A stretch of 64,000 bases of DNA. It comes from Clostridiaceae bacterium (GTDB lineage Bacteria; Bacillota; Clostridia; Acetivibrionales; Acetivibrionaceae). This document shows, piece after piece, positions 29,249-40,707 of this stretch. The DNA is taken from positions 16,232 to 80,231 of the forward strand of contig JAAYPF010000007.1 in NCBI GenBank assembly GCA_012519925.1, read 5' to 3'. The translations under genes were made by a program, and so were the position numbers. The notes below the pieces were generated by a model, which had not been told where the DNA came from, did no database searches, and saw nothing but the letters and a program-made list of their open reading frames with translations. The first letter of the stretch is position 1, and every line of letters starts with the position of its first letter.

Positions 29249-30262
29249 ATGAAACTGATGATTCAGACCAGAAGTATTAGAACAGACTTAGCACTTGAAG
29301 CTCATGAATATGTAAGGGAACAGGGACAAGCAAAACTTGCTTCGGTATCGCCGGATTTACCTGGAGTAGAAATTGAAAACGCAGGTACTCAAGATATAAA
29401 GATAACAAGGGTAAGGGTGACTTCTCCAACTGGTGAGGTATCAATAGGAAAGCCTATGGGAAATTATATAACCCTTGAAGTTCGGAGACTAAACGAAAAT
29501 GACCAGGTGTTGTATGAAGATACATGCAAAGCACTTTCGCAAGAGCTTGTAAGAATCTTGAAGCTTAGAGAAAAATCCACTGTATTGGTGGTTGGTCTTG
29601 GGAATTGGAATGTAACACCGGATGCATTAGGACCGAAAGTGACGAGTGGATTGATGGTAACAAGACATCTGTTAGAGTACGTACCAAAGCAAGTTGACCA
29701 AGGAGTAAGACCTGTTTGTGCTATTGCTCCAGGTGTATTAGGAATAACTGGGATTGAGACTGGAGAAATAGTGAAAGGAATTGTTGAAAGGATAAAACCC
29801 GATGTAGTAATAGCAATTGACGCTCTTGCTTCAAGAAAAATGGAACGTGTTAATACAACTATTCAAATTGCAGACACAGGAATTTCTCCTGGTTCAGGAG
29901 TAGGGAATAAGAGAATGGAGATTTCCGTAAACACTTTAGGTGTTCCCGTTATTGCAATAGGTGTTCCGACGGTTGTGGACGCAGCAACAATGGCAAATGA
30001 CACCATAGACCTAGTTATAGATAATTTAATTAATGAGGCTAAGGAAGATAAGCAATTTTACAATATGCTCAAGAATATTGATCGAAACGAAAAATACCAA
30101 TTGATACAAGAAGTGCTAGAGCCGTATATAGGGAATCTCATTGTAACACCAAAGGAAATCGACGATGTAGTAGATAGAATTGCAAAAGTTATAGCTAATG
30201 GACTAAATATTGCACTTCATCAGGGAATAACCCTTGATGATGTTGATAGATATATACAGTAA
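29249..30262 (+). CDS. gpr: Germination protease GPR
   Basis: RTDLALE, VGLGNWNVTPDALGP, PGVLGITGIET, IDALASR, DTGISPGSGVGN, GVPTVVDA, VTPKEID. Confidence 0.97.
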   Translation: MKLMIQTRSIRTDLALEAHEYVREQGQAKLASVSPDLPGVEIENAGTQDIKITRVRVTSPTGEVSIGKPMGNYITLEVRRLNENDQVLYEDTCKALSQELVRILKLREKSTVLVVGLGNWNVTPDALGPKVTSGLMVTRHLLEYVPKQVDQGVRPVCAIAPGVLGITGIETGEIVKGIVERIKPDVVIAIDALASRKMERVNTTIQIADTGISPGSGVGNKRMEISVNTLGVPVIAIGVPTVVDAATMANDTIDLVIDNLINEAKEDKQFYNMLKNIDRNEKYQLIQEVLEPYIGNLIVTPKEIDDVVDRIAKVIANGLNIALHQGITLDDVDRYIQ

Positions 30263-30282
30263 CTAAGAAATTAATACTATCA

Positions 30283-30312
30283 AGAAAGGGCCGGGCAAAA
30301 AGCCCTTTTTTT
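30283..30312 (+). terminator. gpr terminator
   Basis: AAAGGGC / GCCCTTT stem plus T tract. Confidence 0.75.
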
Positions 30313-30313
30313 G

Positions 30314-30446
30314 TTTTCTAAGAAAGTGCATTGATTTTCTAAAAAAATAAAACCTTGAGTTGCAGAAGACGCAAGGCTTTCAAAAGAAATGTAAAAGTGT
30401 ACCATGCGGGGGTTAAACGGGGCGTAGCCCCCTTTATTCTCTTTAA
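30314..30446 (+). repeat. Intergenic repeat family B, copy 1
   Basis: Near-identical to 61457-61590 (2 mismatches in the first ~90 nt by manual alignment). Confidence 0.92.
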
Positions 30447-30681
30447 TCTGGTGGCTTAGTTCTTAGAATAATATGCATTTACACGGCGGTGAGTACCTAT
30501 TAAGCTTTGAAAGCTCTTTTAGACCCTCATTAATTTCATGCAATCACCACTATAGCTTTTACCGAGTCATTCCCCTCTCTTATGTCAATATAAGTGGGGA
30601 TGTTTTATGTTTAATGTAATACGTACATAATAAAAAATAATATCGAGTCACTTATTAACTAAGAAGGATTTTTTCACTATT

Positions 30682-30688
30682 TGTCGAA
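30682..30688 (+). promoter_or_regulatory. Perfect Spo0A box (TGTCGAA)
   Basis: Exact consensus match in the intergenic region before the GGDEF-EAL gene. Confidence 0.4.
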
Positions 30689-31205
30689 TATTATATATTA
30701 TTATTGTGTTTTATTATACCGATACATTTCAACAACAATACTTGCTAAAATTACCTTGATTCTGGTAAATTAAAGTATTTACGAAAGGTTGTATTGATTT
30801 TTATGGCGAGTTATGGAAAACTAAATTCCTGCCATACAAGTGTTTAAAGATACTACATCAATTCGTGAATCTAAATTGCGATCGGTACTGTCTACCAAAT
30901 TAACAAATTCCGCTTTTGCAGACAGTAGAAAATATCTTCTAAAAAAGTACCTTATAATCTTATCGTAAAAGATGTGTAGCATATAATTTTACTAAACAAA
31001 CTTTTTGAGAATAGTCGTATCAACTTTATGCAATTAATTGTCTTGCAGTTTACATCGACATCAGGAATACCCTTATATACTCGCTAAGAGATAACAAAAA
31101 ACTTTCTATTCATATATTAAAAACATCATCAAATTAAGTTTTTGTTTATCCCATATTGTGGCATAGTCTCAATAATTCATAAATTTCCAACATTCCTAAA
31201 GATAC

Positions 31206-31212
31206 TTCGACA
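31206..31212 (-). promoter_or_regulatory. Perfect Spo0A box (TTCGACA on + strand)
   Basis: Exact consensus match 75 nt upstream of the GGDEF-EAL start. Confidence 0.45.
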
Positions 31213-31287
31213 CTGGAAAAATCAGTTTATTTGTAAGGTTCTAATTTACAGGTTGAAGCGTATAGAAACCACCTTATTGAAAGGTAG

Positions 31288-33969
31288 GTGAGCACAATTA
31301 ATAATTCCAGCAAAAATTTATCAATAAAATCACCTTCAAATATACTAGTATTGTTACTTTTTCTAGCTATAAGTCTTTTTAGCAGAATACATAATATACC
31401 ATTCTCTTATGGTGTAAACTTCACTTTGAGTAGTTTGTTTATTTTTATAATACTAAGGTATTATGGGTTGATGGTTGCGTGTTCTGCAATAGGGATTATT
31501 AATATACTTGATTGGAGTTTATTTAATGGAAGCATATACACGATATTTATGTTTCTAGAGGTGTTATTAGTAGGCTGTTTGTGGAAAAAAAGGCAGCGAA
31601 ATTTATTTGTTCTTGATGCTTTTTATTGGGGTATAATTGGAGGTCCTTTTGCAACTTTAGTATTTTATATGATTAGAGGTACTGTTAATGTAGAAGGGTT
31701 GCTTATTGTTTCAAACATAGTTATAAATGGACTTATTAATGTGTTCCTTGCTGATATTTTGATTTCTTATATACCAATTCAAAGGATTTTTGGATATAGA
31801 GACAAAGGGCATATTGATTTAAACAAAATGATATTTCATTTAACAGTGGCAGCAGTTTTAGGTCCCTTTTTAGCATATACCTTTGTTGATACATGGTTTT
31901 CGAAGGCTAGTTTGGAGTTGGATATTTTTCAAAATATGAATTCCACTAAAGTAAATATAACTGAGAAGCTTAAGACCTGGGAAGACAGTGACTTTCAGAA
32001 GCTTCGCCTAAAATCTCCCATATATATAAATAGGTTTAAGACAGCTCTTAGCAGTAATCCATTAAATAATTCAGTTGAAGTATTGCTAGCGGATAATAAG
32101 AGTAATATATATTTTACAAGTAATGAGGATAAATATGGAAAAAACTACAACTGGAGAGAATGCGGAGTTTATTTAGAAATTGATGATAATGTATATGAGT
32201 GGTATCCTGAGTATAGCGGCGTAACAACAGATTTGAGCCGTTGGAGTAAAGCTTTTTATATAATGATTATTCCTTTTAATTCGGTGGATATTCAGCTACA
32301 AATAAAAGTTCCATTATCACAATACGCAGAGGATGTATGGAAGACCTATCTGAATAAATTTTTAATATTATTGTTTTTCTGCTTTGTATCGGCGATTATT
32401 TCGACGATGACTAGCACGTTTGTATCAAGAGATCTTTCAAAACTGACTAAAAGTTCAACGGGTCTTCCGGAAAAGCTTAAACGTCAAGAGGTAATTGAAT
32501 GGCCACGTACATCTATTAGTCAGGTTAATTCGTTAGTATCGAATTTTCAGGTTATGTCAGATAATCTTGTGGATTTATTTACTGAAGCGAAAATTATGAA
32601 TAATCAACTTTTATCACAAACAAAAGAACTGGAATTGTCAAGGGAAAAAATGAAGCACTTAGCTTATAACGATGTTTTGACAGGACTACCAAACCGACTA
32701 AGTTTTAATGTTTATCTCGAGAATCTTCTCAATACCGAACAAAGTAGAAATTTAGCAGTTATGTTTATAGATTTGAATAGATTTAAGCATATAAATGATA
32801 CTCTTGGTCATGAATATGGAGACATGTTGATAAAGGAAGTTGCAAAGAGATTGAGCTATTTTTTAAAAGATGACAGCTTTGTGGCAAGACTTGGAGGTGA
32901 TGAGTTTGTAGTTGTTTTAAATAATGCTGATATGAGGAGAGCAAAGAAATCAGCTATCTATATTAATAAAATACTTACAGAACCTTTCTTTATTAATCAA
33001 GATAATGAAATGCATGAATTATATGTGTCAGCAAGTGTAGGAATAAGTATGTGTCCTGAAGACGCTTTTGAAAAGTCAACATTATTAAAATATGCGGATC
33101 TTGCGATGTATGCTGCAAAAGAAAGCGGGGACAATACATTCAGATTTTACTCTGAAATAACCAAGTCAAACATGGCAGAAAAGCTTTTGCTGGAACAAAG
33201 TTTATGTAAGGCATTAGAAAGAAAAGAAATTATTATATATTACCAACCGAAAGTTAATGTTCAAACAAAGGAAATCACCGGTATGGAAGCGTTGATACGG
33301 TGGAATCATCCGCAAAGAGGTATGATATCACCAGCCCAATTCATTCCTTTAGCTGAAGAGACAGGTATAATAAATCAGATAGGAGAATGGGTTCTTATTG
33401 AGGCGTGTAAGCAGACTAAGAAGTGGCAAGATATGGGGTTCCCTAAAATGCGTATTTCAGTGAACTTATCCATTAGGCAGTTCTATGGGAACAATATTGT
33501 AAGGTTGGTTTCAAAAGCATTGGATATATCAGGTTTGGAGCCTAAATACTTGGAATTGGAGATTACAGAAGGTTTTCTTATTAAGAATACAAAGTATATT
33601 ATATCGATTTTACAGGAAGTTAGAGATATGGGTGTATATATATCAATTGATGATTTTGGTATTGGCTATTCATCCTTTTGCAGGCTTAAAGAACTTCCAG
33701 TACAGATTTTAAAAATAGATAAGAGTCTAATAACTGACATTTTAAAGGAGAAAATGAACGGTTCAATTGTAAAGGCTATTATAGAACTTGCCCACTCAAT
33801 GGGACTTAAAGTTGTGGCGGAAGGTGTTGAGACGATTGAAGAATTTCACGCATTGGCATTGTTAGAATGTGATGAAATTCAAGGTTACTTATTTTCAGAA
33901 CCACTGCCTGTAATTGAATTTGAAAAACTGGTAAGAAGCTTTGAATTTTGGGTGGATGTAACAAACTAA
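31288..33969 (+). CDS. Membrane-bound diguanylate cyclase/phosphodiesterase (multi-TM sensor, extracytoplasmic loop, GGDEF, EAL)
   Basis: DVLTGLPNR, DLNRFKHIND, ARLGGDEF; YYQPKV, MEALIRW, DDFGIGYSS, LKIDKS, AEGVET, IQGYLFSEP. Confidence 0.94.
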   Translation: MSTINNSSKNLSIKSPSNILVLLLFLAISLFSRIHNIPFSYGVNFTLSSLFIFIILRYYGLMVACSAIGIINILDWSLFNGSIYTIFMFLEVLLVGCLWKKRQRNLFVLDAFYWGIIGGPFATLVFYMIRGTVNVEGLLIVSNIVINGLINVFLADILISYIPIQRIFGYRDKGHIDLNKMIFHLTVAAVLGPFLAYTFVDTWFSKASLELDIFQNMNSTKVNITEKLKTWEDSDFQKLRLKSPIYINRFKTALSSNPLNNSVEVLLADNKSNIYFTSNEDKYGKNYNWRECGVYLEIDDNVYEWYPEYSGVTTDLSRWSKAFYIMIIPFNSVDIQLQIKVPLSQYAEDVWKTYLNKFLILLFFCFVSAIISTMTSTFVSRDLSKLTKSSTGLPEKLKRQEVIEWPRTSISQVNSLVSNFQVMSDNLVDLFTEAKIMNNQLLSQTKELELSREKMKHLAYNDVLTGLPNRLSFNVYLENLLNTEQSRNLAVMFIDLNRFKHINDTLGHEYGDMLIKEVAKRLSYFLKDDSFVARLGGDEFVVVLNNADMRRAKKSAIYINKILTEPFFINQDNEMHELYVSASVGISMCPEDAFEKSTLLKYADLAMYAAKESGDNTFRFYSEITKSNMAEKLLLEQSLCKALERKEIIIYYQPKVNVQTKEITGMEALIRWNHPQRGMISPAQFIPLAEETGIINQIGEWVLIEACKQTKKWQDMGFPKMRISVNLSIRQFYGNNIVRLVSKALDISGLEPKYLELEITEGFLIKNTKYIISILQEVRDMGVYISIDDFGIGYSSFCRLKELPVQILKIDKSLITDILKEKMNGSIVKAIIELAHSMGLKVVAEGVETIEEFHALALLECDEIQGYLFSEPLPVIEFEKLVRSFEFWVDVTN

Positions 33970-33989
33970 TAGCTGAAAGGAGTTTTAAA

Positions 33990-35297
33990 ATGGGAAAAGT
34001 ATTTAAGTTTGCTTTGATTTTGGCATTAGTGTTTAGTTTGACTCTTAGTATAGCATGTAATAAAAGGTTTGAAGATGTGGAGGGAACTACAGATACAACT
34101 GATAATGTGGGACAAGAGGCTCAGATTGAAGCTACCAAGCAGGATGTTGAAATTGAAATGTGGGGTTGGTTTAGCTTTGGAGGTTCTATCAGTACATTTG
34201 AAGAGAAGACTGGTATAAAAGTAAAAGAAAAAATTATTCCTTTTCACGAGTGCAAAAATGAATATATGAAGGCACTTGCAAATGGTACAGGACCTGATTT
34301 GCTTGTGTTTGATAGTAGTTTCTTTGGACAATATACAGTAAACAATATTCTTGAGAATTTACTTGATGAGCCTTATAAAGCAGAAAAATACAAGGGAGAT
34401 ATTATTGGTTGGGAAAGTGGTTTTTCCCTTGATAACAAACAATTACTGTCCCTTTCATATTCAACAGCTCCTTATATAACTATGTATAGAGAGGATATAA
34501 TGAGGGAAAATGGTTTTCCGTCGGAACCTGAAGAATTTGGAAAGTTTATTGAGCATCCGGATAACATATTGAAAGTGAGTAAAAAGCTTAAAGAACAAGG
34601 AAAATTTATTTTTCAATATCCTACTGATATAACAGATATAGTGGGTGCAACAATGGGCTATTTTGATGAGGAATTTAATTATATACGTGAAGGAGAGATG
34701 TATGCAAAAGCTATAGATATGGCACAAGAGATGTATGATAATGACTTGATATCAAATAAGAACTTTTGGAACGATACGGGTAAAAAAGCAGTTAATGAGG
34801 ATAAGCTTGTTATGTTTTTTCTAGCATCCTATGCGATGGATGAATTAGAGAAAATGGCTCCTGATCAAAAAGGAAAATGGAGAGTTACGACATCACCTTT
34901 AGGGATAGCGGCGTGGGGTTCGGATACAAGACTATCTATAAATGCCCATAGTGAACACAAAGAAGAAACATGGAAGCTTATTGAACATCTCGTAACTTCT
35001 GTGAATTGGACAGTTAATGTTGTGCCTTCGTATATTCCGGCTACAACATATAACGAATATTTGTCACAACAAAAAGACTTCTTTGGGGGACAAAATGTTT
35101 ATCCCATGTTAGTTGATTTAGCTATAAATATGAATCAATATAAATTGACTCCTTTAGATGAAGAAGTACGCGAGTTGTATCTAAAAGGGATTTGGCAATC
35201 ACTTTTAGATACAAAGAATTCACATGATAAGATTGAACAGATGAGAAAGGAAATAGAAAAAGAGCTTGAAGAGGAAAAGAATGTTTTATTAGAATAG
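33990..35297 (+). CDS. Carbohydrate-type extracellular solute-binding lipoprotein without adjacent permease
   Basis: RBS AAGGAG before ATG 33990, lipobox LSIAC, GPDLLV, YREDI, GKWRV, EETWKLIEHL patterns. Confidence 0.85.
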   Translation: MGKVFKFALILALVFSLTLSIACNKRFEDVEGTTDTTDNVGQEAQIEATKQDVEIEMWGWFSFGGSISTFEEKTGIKVKEKIIPFHECKNEYMKALANGTGPDLLVFDSSFFGQYTVNNILENLLDEPYKAEKYKGDIIGWESGFSLDNKQLLSLSYSTAPYITMYREDIMRENGFPSEPEEFGKFIEHPDNILKVSKKLKEQGKFIFQYPTDITDIVGATMGYFDEEFNYIREGEMYAKAIDMAQEMYDNDLISNKNFWNDTGKKAVNEDKLVMFFLASYAMDELEKMAPDQKGKWRVTTSPLGIAAWGSDTRLSINAHSEHKEETWKLIEHLVTSVNWTVNVVPSYIPATTYNEYLSQQKDFFGGQNVYPMLVDLAINMNQYKLTPLDEEVRELYLKGIWQSLLDTKNSHDKIEQMRKEIEKELEEEKNVLLE

Positions 35298-35432
35298 AAG
35301 AGCGAAGATAAACATAAGAATTATCCTTTCTTAACTAAACTTAATCATGTAAATATATTCTTGTGGAAAATAAACTTGTTTTATAGGATAATTAGTAGGA
35401 AAAGGGATAAAAATAAACAATCGGGGTATAAA

Positions 35433-36275
35433 ATGAAGGAAATATCTAGAATTATTAGAAAATTATATAACTCATATACAAAGATGCCAATGAAATTGAG
35501 ATTTTTACTTGTACTGACTTTTTTTGTGCTGCTTTTTGTTTTTAGTGTAAGTATCAACCAAAATGTGGTCAATGAAGAGAACCAAAATAATGAATCTAAT
35601 AATATTAAGAACGGCAGAGAAAATGGAGAAGGTAGGCCTAATGAAGTCGATAATTCCACACCAATTACTAAAGAGGTTACAGTTGTGATAGATCCCGGAC
35701 ATGGAGGAGAAGATTTAGGAGCTACAAAAGGTGATTTATACGAAAAAAAGCTGAATTTGGATATATCACTAAAGATGGGAAAATTACTCGAAGACTTAGG
35801 GGTTAATGTGGTTTATACTAGGGATAAAGACATTGACGTAGGTCTAGATGAAAGAGTCAATATCGCTAACAGAATTAATGCGGCACTTTTTATAAGTGTA
35901 CATAATAATTATATGCCAAATGATGCAGGATATAAGGGTACTGAGACTTTGTACTGTACCCCTGTTGATACTGACGAAAACAAGATGGACGGACAGAAAC
36001 TCGCAGCAATTGTTCAAAATAAACTTGTCAGTACATTAAAGACTGTAGACAATGGTACAATATACAGACCGAATCTTGTAGTGCTTAGAAAAACCAATAT
36101 GCCAGCTGTGATTGCAGAGATCGCTTATATGTCAAATTCCTCCGACAGAGCAAAGCTTACAGATGAGGGGTTTAGGCAGAAGGCAGCAGAAGCTTTAACG
36201 GAAGCAGTTATGGAGGCTTTTAAGTTTATGAAAGTGGAAAAGGATGAAAGCGGAGAATGGATGTTTATGGATTAA
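35433..36275 (+). CDS. N-acetylmuramoyl-L-alanine amidase (Amidase_3), membrane anchored (start uncertain: 35361, 35433 or later)
   Basis: VIDPGHGG, EKKLNL, ERVNIAN, SVHNN, LVVLRKTNMPAVIAEIAYMSN. Confidence 0.92.
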   Translation: MKEISRIIRKLYNSYTKMPMKLRFLLVLTFFVLLFVFSVSINQNVVNEENQNNESNNIKNGRENGEGRPNEVDNSTPITKEVTVVIDPGHGGEDLGATKGDLYEKKLNLDISLKMGKLLEDLGVNVVYTRDKDIDVGLDERVNIANRINAALFISVHNNYMPNDAGYKGTETLYCTPVDTDENKMDGQKLAAIVQNKLVSTLKTVDNGTIYRPNLVVLRKTNMPAVIAEIAYMSNSSDRAKLTDEGFRQKAAEALTEAVMEAFKFMKVEKDESGEWMFMD

Positions 36276-36300
36276 GGATTTTGTAATTACCTAAATTATA

Positions 36301-36375
36301 AAAAAGAAGGGAATTTCGAGGGTGCTGGAAAAAGTAAAACTTTTTTAGTGCCATCGGAATTTCCTTTCTTTTTTT
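36301..36375. terminator. Long imperfect inverted repeat after the amidase gene
   Basis: AAAAAGAAGGGAATTTCGAGGGTGCTGGAAAAAGT / ACTTTTTTAGTGCCATCGGAATTTCCTTTCTTTTT plus T tract. Confidence 0.6.
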
Positions 36376-36540
36376 GTATTATGAATGTATAATTTCTATT
36401 GAGGTTATTTAAAAAAATAACTGCTCAAAGGATGTTTGAAAAAAGTTGATTTTATTATGGTGGAAATATATATTGACTAATGAATTTTTTAAAACACCTG
36501 AGGTTATTCCAAAAAGAAAATATTATTCTAGGTGGTACAT

Positions 36541-37230
36541 ATGAAAAAAATATGGAAGTATCTTTTGATTTTAACACTCCTGATTGTTTTTTGGAATCAG
36601 ACAGTAGTAGGACCATTTAAAGCAGTGTCCTTGGTTTTTCATAAAGTCGGGCATGCATTGGCATCTGCATTATCTGGCTTTGGTGTATCGGCTTTCCGTA
36701 TGATATATGGAAATAGTGGGGATATAGTATTTGGTGCAAACAGCTGGATTGCAAGCTTTATTATTGCAAACAGCGGATATATTTCAAGTATATTATTTTG
36801 CTTGTTTATATTTTTTTTAAAAAAAACAAAACTAAAAAAGTACACGGTGGGAAGTATTACTATAATATATATAGCTATATCAATAGTATTTAATTCGTCT
36901 ATTAAAACATTAGTTACATCATTGGCGTTTTCTGGGATGGTAATTCTGATATTGATGATGCAAAAGGAAAGCCTAAATGACTTGATGATAGATATTATAG
37001 GAATGTCTATGGCGGCATATGTAATATATGATACATTTGTCAATACAATTCTATTGAAATTAAATGGACAGCTTTCAATAGTACAAAGTTGGGGCACACA
37101 ACCACCGGAGGATATAGTAAGACTTTCTGAGTTGACCGGTTTTCCAACACTTATATGGGGGGGAATCTGGTTGGCTATTACAGTTGTTTCGGTAAATATT
37201 TTATTAATTAAGGTGATTTCTAAAAAGTGA
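36541..37230 (+). CDS. Peptidase M50B-like membrane protein with degenerate HExxH (HKVGH)
   Basis: Multi-TM; FHKVGHALAS...IANSGY...YDT...DIVRLSELTGFP..IWGGIW. Confidence 0.7.
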   Translation: MKKIWKYLLILTLLIVFWNQTVVGPFKAVSLVFHKVGHALASALSGFGVSAFRMIYGNSGDIVFGANSWIASFIIANSGYISSILFCLFIFFLKKTKLKKYTVGSITIIYIAISIVFNSSIKTLVTSLAFSGMVILILMMQKESLNDLMIDIIGMSMAAYVIYDTFVNTILLKLNGQLSIVQSWGTQPPEDIVRLSELTGFPTLIWGGIWLAITVVSVNILLIKVISKK

Positions 37231-37248
37231 GTGGGTTTTTGCTATTAA

Positions 37249-39264
<2,016 letters not shown>

Positions 39265-39316
39265 AAGTTTTATAGTGTAAGCGTTATAGGGCACTTTATA
39301 ATAATAAGTAGTAAAG

Positions 39317-40174
39317 GTGGATTATATGAAGCTTAATAAAAGTGGCACGGAATTTTTTGTGTATGATAATATCGCTATAGATAAAGCTATTTCACGCACA
39401 ACACACATGGCTGTTTCTGCACATCATGATGATATCGAAATTATGGCTTATGATGGAATACAAAAATGCTTTGGAAGAGCGGATGAGTGGTTCATGGCTG
39501 TCGTTGTTACTAATGGTGCGGGCAGTCCAAGAAGTGGCGTTTATCAGAACTATACCAATGAAGAAATGAAGCAGATTAGAAAGATTGAGCAGAAAAAAGC
39601 AGCCTTTGTAGGAGAATATGGATTTTTGGCAATGCTTGATTATGAGAGTGCTGAAATAAAAGACAAATGCAATAATGAAGTTGTGGAAGATATTATGCAA
39701 CTTATTTCCGTTGCAAGGCCTAAAGTTATGTACACTCACAATTTAGCAGATAAGCATAGTACACACGTAGGTGTAGCGTTAAGACTTATCCGTGCAATAA
39801 GGGAATTACCCATTGATTATAGACCGGAAAAGCTATATGGGTGTGAAGTCTGGGGTAAAATGGATTGGATAAACGATAACGAGAAAGTGATTTTTAATGT
39901 TTCAGCACGTCCAAATATAGCACAATCGATTTTAGGGGTATTTGATTCTCAGATTTGTGGTGGAAAGAGATATGACCAGGCTGTATGCGGAAATCGACTG
40001 TCTAATGCAACGTTTTTGTCTTCTTTCAATGTGGATAAATATTCGTCAGTAATTTACGGTATGGATTTGACACCCCTTATCAAAGATGAAAATATGAGTG
40101 TTTCCGAATTTGTTAAAGGATATATTGATAGATTTAGTAAAGATGTAACCGGAAGAATTAACAAAATGATATAG
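39317..40174 (+). CDS. PIG-L/LmbE family deacetylase
   Basis: AHHDDIEI metal motif, VVTNGAGSPR, R..EQ..AA, THNLADKHSTH. Confidence 0.8.
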   Translation: MDYMKLNKSGTEFFVYDNIAIDKAISRTTHMAVSAHHDDIEIMAYDGIQKCFGRADEWFMAVVVTNGAGSPRSGVYQNYTNEEMKQIRKIEQKKAAFVGEYGFLAMLDYESAEIKDKCNNEVVEDIMQLISVARPKVMYTHNLADKHSTHVGVALRLIRAIRELPIDYRPEKLYGCEVWGKMDWINDNEKVIFNVSARPNIAQSILGVFDSQICGGKRYDQAVCGNRLSNATFLSSFNVDKYSSVIYGMDLTPLIKDENMSVSEFVKGYIDRFSKDVTGRINKMI

Positions 40175-40239
40175 CTGATGTAATTTGATTTTATTAGATG
40201 TGTTTTATATAAGGATTGTTATGACAAGGAGGTAAAGTT

Positions 40240-40527
40240 GTGGAGATCACTAAAAATACGATCGAACATATAGCAAATCTTTCTAGGTTAGACCTCACTG
40301 AAGAGGAAAAGTCCATGTTGCTTTTTGATATGAAACAAATCATAGCTTATATGGACAAGCTTAAGGAGCTTGATACATCAAAGGTTAAGCCCACAGCTCA
40401 TGTTATGCAAATAAACAACGTTTTTAGAGAGGATAAGTCAGAACCATCATATCCAAAGGAAAAGCTCCTTGCAAATGCACCTTTAAGCGAAGGGGGCTGC
40501 TTTAAGGTTCCTAAGGTTGTTGAATAA
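40240..40527 (+). CDS. gatC: Asp/Glu-tRNA amidotransferase subunit C
   Basis: IEHIANLSRL, NVFRED, LANAP, FKVPKVVE. Confidence 0.95.
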   Translation: MEITKNTIEHIANLSRLDLTEEEKSMLLFDMKQIIAYMDKLKELDTSKVKPTAHVMQINNVFREDKSEPSYPKEKLLANAPLSEGGCFKVPKVVE

Positions 40528-40707
40528 AATAATAGGTTAAAGGACAATCAAAATATATTAAAAATTTTACATATATTAGATATGGACAAAATGATTATTG
40601 ACTATTTCAAAAAATTAATTTGATGGCTTATGACTTAAATATTGAATTGGTCATTTTTTATAAAGTGGTATAAACTTATATAAAAGTGCGTTAAGGAGAC
40701 TAGATAG

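Noticed and set aside
30350-30385. c-di-GMP-I riboswitch suggested by GACGCAAGG upstream of the GGDEF-EAL gene
   Set aside because: The segment is part of repeat family B, also present at 61457, and lacks the GGCAAAC P2 arm
30804-30848. 14-codon ORF MASYGKLNSCHTSV as a leader or signalling peptide
   Set aside because: Poorly spaced RBS, no attenuator structure and no recognisable family
30262-31288. Absence of spoIIP after gpr as a deletion event
   Set aside because: The gpr-spoIIP linkage is not universal in Clostridia and no remnant is visible
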